Shown one piece after another: positions 39,584 through 47,323 of a stretch of DNA of 64,000 nt (positions are counted from its first letter, which is position 1; every line of letters begins with the position of its first letter). This DNA is from Candidatus Cryptobacteroides sp. Its GTDB lineage: Bacteria; Bacteroidota; Bacteroidia; Bacteroidales; UBA932. Position numbers and translations under genes: made by a program. Under the pieces are notes generated by a model, which was given only the letters and a program-made list of their open reading frames with translations, was not told where the DNA came from and did no database searches. Location: positions 45,009 through 109,008 of the forward strand of contig JBGVNX010000010.1 in the NCBI GenBank assembly GCA_045126075.1, read 5' to 3'.

Positions 39584-40987
39584 TTATTTTCTGATTACAA
39601 GCCTGAGGCCCAGAGTGGACATTGAAGATCCGGCTGACATAGGATCTCGATGAGTCACAGTCAATTCGTATGATTCCGAGAGGAAGTTTCCACCTCGTAT
39701 CACCATGCTCTCGGCATCAAGTATCTCAGGATCGGCATTCCCTTCAGCCAGGTCTGAATACAGTCTGAAAGGCGTGTCACACCATTCACTGACATTGCCG
39801 CTCATATCAAACAGGTCAGCTCCATTTGCATCCATACCTGAAATTTTCGCATCGCAAGGATGTGGTCTTGAACCTGAATTCTTTACGTACCATGCTACCC
39901 GGGACGGATCATCAGAACCAGAATAGACTGTATCATCAGTGCGATCACCTCCCCTTGCGGCATATTCCCACTCTGCTTCAGAAGGAAGTGCGAAGGACAG
40001 GCCGGTAAGTTCAATCAAGGCTTGAACAAAGTCCTGACAATCATAAAAAGTCACATCAGTCTTTGGAAGACAGGCTGTATCCTTTTCATATTTTTCGTTC
40101 ATGATTGCTCCCCATTGACCTACTGTAACCTCATACTTGGATATGCTGAACGGGGCCACGTTACACTCGATCTGAGGAGTTTCAAGATATGGATCCACAT
40201 CAGGATTATATGATCCGTCAGGGGCCACTGATGCACCCATCATAAAGGTACCACCCTGAAGGTGTTCCATCTGACCCAATATTTCATGAACTGCCTTCAG
40301 CTGCTTCAAGGAAGCATCTTCTGACCAGTTCATATAGACACCGTCAGTAAAGGTATCTGTTTTAAGGGACTTCAACTCGTGTTGTCTGACAAGGCTCCAT
40401 ACAGATATAGCAGCTATGAGAACCATAACAGAGGATACGGATGCAATGATGCTGCGGCGTATTCTTTTGCGACGGCTCTGTTCCTCGAGCCTTGCCAAAG
40501 CCGCATCGGCTTCTGTATCGATGACACCTTTAGCATCACGTCTGCCGACAATCGGGACAATACGGTTATCGATCATGAAATCTACAGTTATACCAAGGGT
40601 CTGTCCGAAATGGATTTCAGATCTGGAATAGCTGTTTACAACCGTATTGATAAAATCCGGAGCACCCTCCGGAATACCATTGAATGTATTGTCCGGATCT
40701 ACAGGGATGATCTGCTTGCCCTGTTCGAGGGCAAGCTTGATCTCCTGTCTGACCCAATCGTCTTCATTTATGCATCTGTCCATCGAATGGGCAGAAAGCA
40801 CCAGCATGAAGACACTTGAATTCTTTATTGCAGTCTTGATGTGTTCACCAAAGACACCATCAGTCAGCTCATCATAGTCCAGAAATACATCGTATCCTCT
40901 CTGCGTAAGCATGAGCTGAAGTATCCTGGCGTATGGAGCGCCACCATCACGCCTGTAACTGATGAATATGTCGTATGACTGCTTCAT
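39584..40987 (-). CDS. TIR domain - TM - FGE-sulfatase (SUMF1-like) domain protein
   Basis: YDIFISYRR, WVRQEI with catalytic Glu; basic patch then one TM; F.MG, KYEVT, LPSEAEWEYAARGG, DMSGNVSEW, RGG, GLRL. Confidence 0.9.
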   Translation of the reverse strand: MKQSYDIFISYRRDGGAPYARILQLMLTQRGYDVFLDYDELTDGVFGEHIKTAIKNSSVFMLVLSAHSMDRCINEDDWVRQEIKLALEQGKQIIPVDPDNTFNGIPEGAPDFINTVVNSYSRSEIHFGQTLGITVDFMIDNRIVPIVGRRDAKGVIDTEADAALARLEEQSRRKRIRRSIIASVSSVMVLIAAISVWSLVRQHELKSLKTDTFTDGVYMNWSEDASLKQLKAVHEILGQMEHLQGGTFMMGASVAPDGSYNPDVDPYLETPQIECNVAPFSISKYEVTVGQWGAIMNEKYEKDTACLPKTDVTFYDCQDFVQALIELTGLSFALPSEAEWEYAARGGDRTDDTVYSGSDDPSRVAWYVKNSGSRPHPCDAKISGMDANGADLFDMSGNVSEWCDTPFRLYSDLAEGNADPEILDAESMVIRGGNFLSESYELTVTHRDPMSAGSSMSTLGLRLVIRK

Positions 40988-40992
40988 GATTG

Positions 40993-42333
40993 TTAGAGTC
41001 TTGCTCTGAGAGCTTCAGCCTGCTCCTCGTATCCTGGCTTGCCAAGAAGAGCGAACATGTTCTTCTTGTAAGCCTCAACACCTGGCTGGTCGAACGGATT
41101 CACTCCGAGGATGTAGCCGCTGATACCGCAAGCCTTCTCGAAGAAATAGAAGAGGGCTCCGAGGTTGTACTCGTTGATACACTCGATGCTGAGAGAAAGC
41201 TGTGGAACGCCACCATCGATATGAGCGAGCTTGGTTCCAAGCTCTGCCATAGCGTTGCACTCTTCAACGTGCTTTCCTGTAAGGAAGTTAAGGCCGTCAA
41301 GGTTCTGAGGGTCGTTCTCGATGAGCATCGAACGCTTGCTCTTCTCTACTGTAACCACTGTCTCCATGAGGGTGCGCTCACCGTCCTGGATGTACTGGCC
41401 CATAGAGTGAAGGTCTGTTGTGAAGTTCACTGATGCAGGGAAGATTCCGAGGCCGTCCTTTCCCTCTGACTCGCCATAGAGCTGCTTCCACCACTCTCCG
41501 AGGAATGTGAGCTTAGGGTTGTATGCTACGAGGATCTCGATCTTCTTGCCCTGTGCATAGAGAGCGTTACGCATTGCAGCGTACTGGATTGCAGGGTTGC
41601 ACTCACACTTCTTTGCGCAAGCTTCCTCCATAGCGAGAGCGCCCTCGAGCATAGCCTTCATATCGAAGCCTGCAAGAACGATAGGGAGAATACCTACCGG
41701 AGTGAGCACTGAGAAACGGCCACCTACGTTATCCTCGATGACGAATGTCTTGTAACCCTCCTGAGTAGAGAGAGACTTGAGAGCTCCGCGAGCCTTATCT
41801 GTAACTGCTACAATACGCTCTGCAGCCTCTGCCTTTCCATATGTATCCTCGAGATACTTCTTCACCAGACGGAATGCTACAGCCGGCTCTGTTGTAGTAC
41901 CTGACTTAGAGATTACAACACATGCTGCATTTCTCTCCTGAACGAGGTCCATGAGCTCGCACATGTACTCCTCTGAGAGGTTCTGTCCTGCGAAAACGAT
42001 CTCAGGTGCCTCACTCTTTGCCTTGAGCTGCTTTGCAAACTGGTGCGAGAGAGCCTCGAGAGCGCACTTTGCGCCAAGGTATGAACCACCGATACCGATA
42101 ACGACAACGAGATCAATGTTCTTTGCCTTCCATGCATCTCTCACAGCCTCACACTCTGCCACGAGGTTGCTTTTGAGAGTCTCTGACGGAAGGTGCTTCC
42201 ATCCGAGGAAGTCATTTCCTTTTCCTGTCTCGTTCTCGAGAACTTCAAGCGCTGCAAGCGCCTTTTCTACATATACCTTATAATCTGCATCTTTTACAAA
42301 GGAGCTGCAGCCTCCGAGATTTACCTTTACCAT
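40993..42333 (-). CDS. pgi: Glucose-6-phosphate isomerase
   Basis: IGIGGSYLG, SKSGTT, GGRFSV, QLYGESEGK, DLHSMGQ, NPFDQPGVEAYK. Confidence 0.97.
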   Translation of the reverse strand: MVKVNLGGCSSFVKDADYKVYVEKALAALEVLENETGKGNDFLGWKHLPSETLKSNLVAECEAVRDAWKAKNIDLVVVIGIGGSYLGAKCALEALSHQFAKQLKAKSEAPEIVFAGQNLSEEYMCELMDLVQERNAACVVISKSGTTTEPAVAFRLVKKYLEDTYGKAEAAERIVAVTDKARGALKSLSTQEGYKTFVIEDNVGGRFSVLTPVGILPIVLAGFDMKAMLEGALAMEEACAKKCECNPAIQYAAMRNALYAQGKKIEILVAYNPKLTFLGEWWKQLYGESEGKDGLGIFPASVNFTTDLHSMGQYIQDGERTLMETVVTVEKSKRSMLIENDPQNLDGLNFLTGKHVEECNAMAELGTKLAHIDGGVPQLSLSIECINEYNLGALFYFFEKACGISGYILGVNPFDQPGVEAYKKNMFALLGKPGYEEQAEALRARL

Positions 42334-42392
42334 AGTAATATTAATTTATTTTACACTACCTATTCAATATGCGCACACAAGCGCATCAGAGG

Positions 42393-42442
42393 CAAAGTTA
42401 AACATTTTTGCTTTACAGGCTCATAAAATAATTATATATTTG
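42393..42442. promoter_or_regulatory. Divergent -7 promoter elements for pgi and the GDPD gene
   Basis: TAACTTTG on minus (42393-42400); TATATTTG on plus (42435-42442). Confidence 0.6.
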
Positions 42443-42464
42443 TACTTAAAATCAGCATACGGAC

Positions 42465-43280
42465 ATGAGAAAAATACTTTTCATCATCATGACAGCATTC
42501 GCAGCATCAGGATGCTTTAATCATGATGCGCAGGCCCAGAGCCCGAAACAGACCGGCATCGTCGCCCACCGCGGATTCTGGAACTGCAAGGAAGCCGGTT
42601 ACGCAAGGAACTCTGTTGCAGCACTCAGATGCGCACAGGAGGCAGGATTCTGGGGAAGTGAGTTTGACGTGAACATGACCTCCGATGGCGTACTTATAGT
42701 ATATCACGACAGTGATGTAGACGGAAAGAAGATAGAGCAGTATCCATATTCTGAATTCAAGGATGTCAAGATAGAGAACGGCGAAGTCATCCCTACGATT
42801 GACATGTATCTGGAACAGGGTAAAAAATATCCTGAAACCATGCTAGTCTATGAGCTCAAGCCACACTCCTGCGAGGAGGTGGAAGACAGGTTCGTCGAGC
42901 TTGCCATAGAGAATCTTAAGCAACATGGTCTATATGACCCCGAGAGAGTGATGTTCATTTCATTCAGTCTCTACATGTGCGAAAAGATTGCTGCAGAACA
43001 CCCTCAGTTCATGGTTCAGTTCCTAGGATCAAACATGAGCCCTGAAAAGGTAGCCGAATTGGGAATAAATGGAGTAGACTATCATCATCTTGTATTCACA
43101 CTCAACAGGAGATGGTATAAGGTCGCCAGAAAGCACAACATGAGCGTGAATGCGTGGACTGTCAATAAGGAGGGTAACATGAAGAGAATGCTGAAGCTGG
43201 GAGTTGACCAGCTCACCACTGACAATCCTCTCGAGGCACGCGCCATCATGCAGACCATGAAGATGACTGAACTGAAATAA
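42465..43280 (+). CDS. Glycerophosphodiester phosphodiesterase, lipoprotein
   Basis: ASGC lipobox, AHRG, EFDV, HD, ELK, WTVN, TTD.P. Confidence 0.9.
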   Translation: MRKILFIIMTAFAASGCFNHDAQAQSPKQTGIVAHRGFWNCKEAGYARNSVAALRCAQEAGFWGSEFDVNMTSDGVLIVYHDSDVDGKKIEQYPYSEFKDVKIENGEVIPTIDMYLEQGKKYPETMLVYELKPHSCEEVEDRFVELAIENLKQHGLYDPERVMFISFSLYMCEKIAAEHPQFMVQFLGSNMSPEKVAELGINGVDYHHLVFTLNRRWYKVARKHNMSVNAWTVNKEGNMKRMLKLGVDQLTTDNPLEARAIMQTMKMTELK

Positions 43281-43297
43281 AACCGAAACGTTACACT

Positions 43298-43323
43298 GTC
43301 ATCCTGAACGAAGTGAAGGATCT
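43298..43323 (+). repeat. GTCAT-type small palindromic (REP/RPE-like) element
   Basis: GTCATCCTGAACGAAGTGAAGGATCT between the convergent GDPD and umuC genes. Confidence 0.6.
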
Positions 43324-43355
43324 GCTCAACGAAACCGATAAATAGGTGCGATTTT

Positions 43356-44633
43356 TCATCGCACCTTTATTATTTCATCAAGAGTAGTGGTGTATAATCC
43401 TGACCGATAATCACAACGAATACCATCTGCATAATGTCCTTCCCTTTGTGCGGCAAGGCGTAGCAGCGGACGGTTGGAACCGGACACGGAATTGACGGCA
43501 TCCATCACCTCCGAGAGGCGGTCCTGTTTCTGGCGAAGTTCCTGGTCATAGCCGAAAATAACGCCCTGCAACTGATCTGAAGGCACGATATTGCTCACTG
43601 TCACTCCTGCCTTCTTATATTGATAACCCTGCTTATATATGGTCCTGAATCCCTTCAAGGCTGCAGATACAATCTCCTGGGTACTGTTTGCCGCCACCTG
43701 AAGCCGTATGGTAGCACTTGGGAAATATTGGTTCAGGTCCTCTCTGAATCTGTTGGTATACATGAACACCGTCACATTATAGGCAGCAGACTCCTCTTCA
43801 CGGAGTTTCTTCGCACACATCGCAGCAAAATCCGACACCCTGAGTTCCAGTTCCCTCTCATCCTCGATCATATCCGCAAAAGAACGGGATGTGCATATCG
43901 ACTTTCTTCTGTCCTCCAGATCTTCCGCCACACAAGGGATGCCGTTCAGTTCCTCCCACATCCTCAAGCCATTGACTCCCAGTTTCGACTGTACCCATTC
44001 ACTAGGTCTATCTGTAAAGTCAAGAGCAGAGGTGATACCCCAGGACAACATCTTCGGGGCAAGCCTCCTGCCAACTCCCCACACGTCATCTATCGGTGTC
44101 AGTTCCAATGCTTTAAGTCTCTTGGCATCAGTATCCATCATGCATACTCCCTTATAACCTTTATGGGTCTTTGCAAAATGGCTGGCAATCTTTGCCAATG
44201 TCTTTGTAGGTGCCACACCTATGCTCACAGGAATGCCGACCCATCTGCGGACCTTTGCTACAAGATTGCGGCAGAATTCCTGTACCTGATCTTCCCTGAT
44301 GCCATCCAGATGCAGAAACGCCTCATCTATCGAATATATCTCGATATGCGGCACTGCATCAGCCAGGATGGACATGACCCTTGCGGAAAGGTCGCCATAC
44401 AGCGCATAGTTCGACGAAAATGCGGTAAGACGGCCTTCATCCACAATATGTCTGATCTTGAAGAACGGAGTACCCATCTTTATGCCCATGGCCTTGCTTT
44501 CATTGCTTCGCGACACCACGCAGCCGTCATTGTTGGACAGCACGACAACCGCCTTCCCCTCCAGATCAGGACGGAAGACGCGTTCGCATGACACGAAGAA
44601 ATTATTGCAATCTACCAACGCAAACATAACCAT
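43356..44633 (-). CDS. umuC: Y-family DNA polymerase V subunit UmuC
   Basis: DCNNFFVSCE, LSNNDGC, YSIDE, TKTLAK, DVWGVG, SRSF, YKKAGV. Confidence 0.93.
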   Translation of the reverse strand: MVMFALVDCNNFFVSCERVFRPDLEGKAVVVLSNNDGCVVSRSNESKAMGIKMGTPFFKIRHIVDEGRLTAFSSNYALYGDLSARVMSILADAVPHIEIYSIDEAFLHLDGIREDQVQEFCRNLVAKVRRWVGIPVSIGVAPTKTLAKIASHFAKTHKGYKGVCMMDTDAKRLKALELTPIDDVWGVGRRLAPKMLSWGITSALDFTDRPSEWVQSKLGVNGLRMWEELNGIPCVAEDLEDRRKSICTSRSFADMIEDERELELRVSDFAAMCAKKLREEESAAYNVTVFMYTNRFREDLNQYFPSATIRLQVAANSTQEIVSAALKGFRTIYKQGYQYKKAGVTVSNIVPSDQLQGVIFGYDQELRQKQDRLSEVMDAVNSVSGSNRPLLRLAAQREGHYADGIRCDYRSGLYTTTLDEIIKVR

Positions 44634-44701
44634 TACAGATACACGGCCTTCGACTCTTTGAACGACCGTTCTACGTCATTGACACAAACGACAGTTCCTA
44701 C

Positions 44702-44734
44702 GTCATTGCGAGGAGCGAAGCGACGTGGCAATCT
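44702..44734 (+). repeat. GTCAT-type palindromic element
   Basis: GTCATTGCGAGGAGCGAAGCGACGTGGCAATCT between umuD and umuC. Confidence 0.7.
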
Positions 44735-44735
44735 T

Positions 44736-45137
44736 TTATCTTATACGTTTGATAACATAAGTCACCACACCCCACATCACGAAGTCCACCCCCTCGCAGA
44801 CTTCAATCTCGGGATAGTTCTTATTGGCAGGACGCAAAGTAAGTCCACCTTCACGCAAATGCAGATGCTTAAGTGTAAACTCACCATCTACAAAGCACAC
44901 TGCCATATCTCCGTCCCTTGGCTCCAACGACTTATCTATCACCAGGATATCACCCTCCTCAACTCCTGCATCGATCATGGAATCCCCTACTACGCGACCA
45001 TAAAAAGTCGCAGCCGGATGTTTCACCAGTTCCTTGTTCAGGTCAATAGCCTGAGTCATATAATCTGTCGCGGGCGACGGGAATCCCGCATGTATGCCGT
45101 CCTGCGCCATTACCGGCAGTTCTGTCTTCTCTTGCAT
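44736..45137 (-). CDS. umuD: UmuD (S24 autoprotease) subunit of Pol V
   Basis: AGFPSPA.DY cleavage region, GDSM, GEFTLK. Confidence 0.93.
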   Translation of the reverse strand: MQEKTELPVMAQDGIHAGFPSPATDYMTQAIDLNKELVKHPAATFYGRVVGDSMIDAGVEEGDILVIDKSLEPRDGDMAVCFVDGEFTLKHLHLREGGLTLRPANKNYPEIEVCEGVDFVMWGVVTYVIKRIR

Positions 45138-45204
45138 AATGCAAATTTAATAATTACCTCCAATATCCGAACAGATTCCTCGCATCGCTGCGGGAGAACA
45201 CACA

Positions 45205-45322
45205 CCGACCCTTTTTGCATAACACCCTAACCATCAACAACTTACTCCACAAGGGTCGGAAAATTTTCCGACCCTTAAACACTTATTCATCTAAGACTCA
45301 ACACCTTACAGATCAAGGGTCG
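45205..45322. repeat. Tandem inverted-repeat cassette with a central 26-bp perfect palindrome
   Basis: CCGACCCTT-N37-AAGGGTCGGAAAATTTTCCGACCCTT-N38-AAGGGTCG. Confidence 0.75.
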
Positions 45323-45355
45323 TTTTTTTCGCAAATAAAGCATATATTTGCAGAT

Positions 45356-46210
45356 ATGGTTCTACAAGATGACATACGCAGATTCCTGACCGAAAACGGG
45401 CTAGAAGACCGGATCGGGCTCATTGTGCCCATTAATATTTGCGCACAAAGTCCAGAGGAAGCGGCCGAGCAGTCAGAAAAGATTAAAGATGTCATCGCAC
45501 AGTATCTCTTGAAAACGGGAAAGTATCCTCTGATCATTCCCGAAGACAGGTGGCACAGGCAGCCGGAAATGATGAAGGCCCGCCTGCTTGCACATCTGGA
45601 AATCTTCACTCCCATATACGCCCGGAACTGTGAGATCCGCAGGATTGACAAGCATACTGCAGCGGAGTTCCTCAACAGGACCCACTCCTACGGAAATGCC
45701 GCATGCAAGTACAGATACGGCATGTTCCTGAAAAGAAGCACAGGACACATCGCCAAGGAAGGCAGATGCGATATTCCTGCTGAAACACTCATAGCTGTGG
45801 GCACATTTTCCAATGCACGCAAATGGATAAAGAACGGCAAGGAGATACGTTCATACGAATGGACACGCTTCGCATCTCTTCCGGGTCTGAGGATAAGCGG
45901 CGGCATGGGCAGGATCCTCAAGGCATTCATAGAGGAAGTACAACCGGACGACATAATGAGCTATGCTGACCTCGAATGGTCGGAAGGCACTGTATATGAA
46001 CAACTTGGATTTACACTTGAAGGGCAGAAGGATCCGGTGCTGTTCGGGATTGACTCCGAGTGGAACAGATCCCCGGTCAAGCCGGGGATGACGGAAGGTG
46101 GCAAGACGGGGGTAACAGACCCGAACGTCATTGCCGGCCAGCCCGGCAATATGTTCTACATGAACTTCGGCAGTAATAAATATCGTCTCAAGCTGACGGA
46201 GTACGAATAA
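45356..46210 (+). CDS. Hypothetical protein with Mom/GNAT-like acyltransferase features
   Basis: ARNCEIR..FL...H..G, EWTRFA, GG...L..F, SYAD..WS.G..Y..LGF; TATATTTG at 45343-45350 supports the start at 45356. Confidence 0.55.
   Translation: MVLQDDIRRFLTENGLEDRIGLIVPINICAQSPEEAAEQSEKIKDVIAQYLLKTGKYPLIIPEDRWHRQPEMMKARLLAHLEIFTPIYARNCEIRRIDKHTAAEFLNRTHSYGNAACKYRYGMFLKRSTGHIAKEGRCDIPAETLIAVGTFSNARKWIKNGKEIRSYEWTRFASLPGLRISGGMGRILKAFIEEVQPDDIMSYADLEWSEGTVYEQLGFTLEGQKDPVLFGIDSEWNRSPVKPGMTEGGKTGVTDPNVIAGQPGNMFYMNFGSNKYRLKLTEYE
46067..46150. repeat. Two GTCAT-type palindromes, back to back, inside a CDS
   Basis: AGATCCCCGGTCAAGCCGGGGATGAC (46067-46092) and GTCATTGCCGGCCAGCCCGGCAAT (46127-46150). 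Confidence 0.7.
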
Positions 46211-46232
46211 AATTCGTATCTTTGTCGGTTGG

Positions 46233-46268
46233 AGATTGCCACGCCCCATCCCAGGGGCTCGCAATGAA
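46233..46268 (-). repeat. GTCAT-type palindromic element in the purC leader
   Basis: Reverse complement TCATTGCGAG-N14-CGTGGCAATCT shares both arms with 44702-44734; lies after TATCTTTG (46217-46224). Confidence 0.7.
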
Positions 46269-46297
46269 GTATAAGAAAATTCAAATATAATCATACA

Positions 46298-47242
46298 ATG
46301 GAAGCAATCGTAAAGACAGATTTCAATTTTCCTGGACAGACAGGCCACTATGTAGGCAAGGTTCGTGACGTATACAGCATCGGAGATGACTACCTCGTGA
46401 TGGTAGTTTCTGACCGTATCTCAGCGTTCGACGTGGTTCTCCCTAAGGGCATTCCTTTCAAGGGTCAGGTACTCAACCAGATCGCGGCGAAGTTCCTTGA
46501 TGCGACTACAGACATCCTCCCTAACTGGAAGATCGCAGTTCCGGATCCTATGGTTACAGTAGGTCACAAGTGCGAGCCTTTCAAGGTTGAGATGGTCATC
46601 CGCGGATATCTCTCAGGACACGCATGGAGAGAGTACAAGGCAGGAAAGAGGACAATCTGCGGCGTAGAGATGCCGGAGGGTATGGTCGAGAACCAGAAGT
46701 TCCCTACTCCAATCATCACTCCTACCACTAAGGCTGCCGAGGGTCATGACGAGGACATCTCTAAGGAAGAGATCATCGCTCAGGGCATCGTAAGCCGCGA
46801 GGACTACGAGCAGCTCGAGGCATACACTCAGGCTATCTTCCAGAGAGGAACAGAGATCGCAGCGAAGATGGGTCTCATCCTCGTGGACACAAAGTACGAG
46901 TTCGGTAAGAAGGACGGCAAGATCTACCTCATGGACGAGATCCACACTCCAGACTCATCACGTTATTTCTACGCAGAGGGTTACCAGGAGCGCCTAGCTG
47001 CAGGTGAGAAGCAGAAGCAGCTCTCCAAGGAGTTCGTTCGCGAGTGGCTCATGGCAAACGGCTTCCAGGGCCAGGACGGACAGCAGGTTCCTGAGATGAC
47101 CGAAGACATCGTAAACGGCATCACAGACCGCTACGTAGAGCTTTACGAGAACATCGTAGGCGAGAAGTTCGAGAAGGCAGAAGGAACTGACATCCTTGCA
47201 CGTATCGAAAAGAACGTAAGCGAGTGCCTCGCTTCATTATAA
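46298..47242 (+). CDS. purC: SAICAR synthetase
   Basis: [34 protein letters not shown]. Confidence 0.97.
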   Translation: MEAIVKTDFNFPGQTGHYVGKVRDVYSIGDDYLVMVVSDRISAFDVVLPKGIPFKGQVLNQIAAKFLDATTDILPNWKIAVPDPMVTVGHKCEPFKVEMVIRGYLSGHAWREYKAGKRTICGVEMPEGMVENQKFPTPIITPTTKAAEGHDEDISKEEIIAQGIVSREDYEQLEAYTQAIFQRGTEIAAKMGLILVDTKYEFGKKDGKIYLMDEIHTPDSSRYFYAEGYQERLAAGEKQKQLSKEFVREWLMANGFQGQDGQQVPEMTEDIVNGITDRYVELYENIVGEKFEKAEGTDILARIEKNVSECLASL

Positions 47243-47323
47243 TCCGAAGTCATAAAAGATCATTACAGGTATTGGCCTCGATGTTATGCTATGCATGGTA
47301 TCGCAGGCCAAGTTTGCAAAATA

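Noticed and set aside
39584-40987. Canonical Thoeris or CBASS
   Set aside because: No SIR2/SLOG/Macro effector and no nucleotide cyclase; the TIR is membrane-anchored
43620-44591. 323-aa plus-strand ORF and other long antisense ORFs (38105, 40990, 44658, 48992, 53831)
   Set aside because: Shadow frames of well-supported genes on the opposite strand, with no motifs of their own
45251-45276. Bacteroidetes LexA box upstream of umuD
   Set aside because: Core reads GGA-N6-TCC, not the GGA-N5-TCC spacing I recall, and lies over 100 nt from the umuD start
45205-45322. Mini CRISPR array (37-38 nt spacers)
   Set aside because: Arms are only 9 bp and alternate in orientation, the spacers resemble each other, and there are no cas genes
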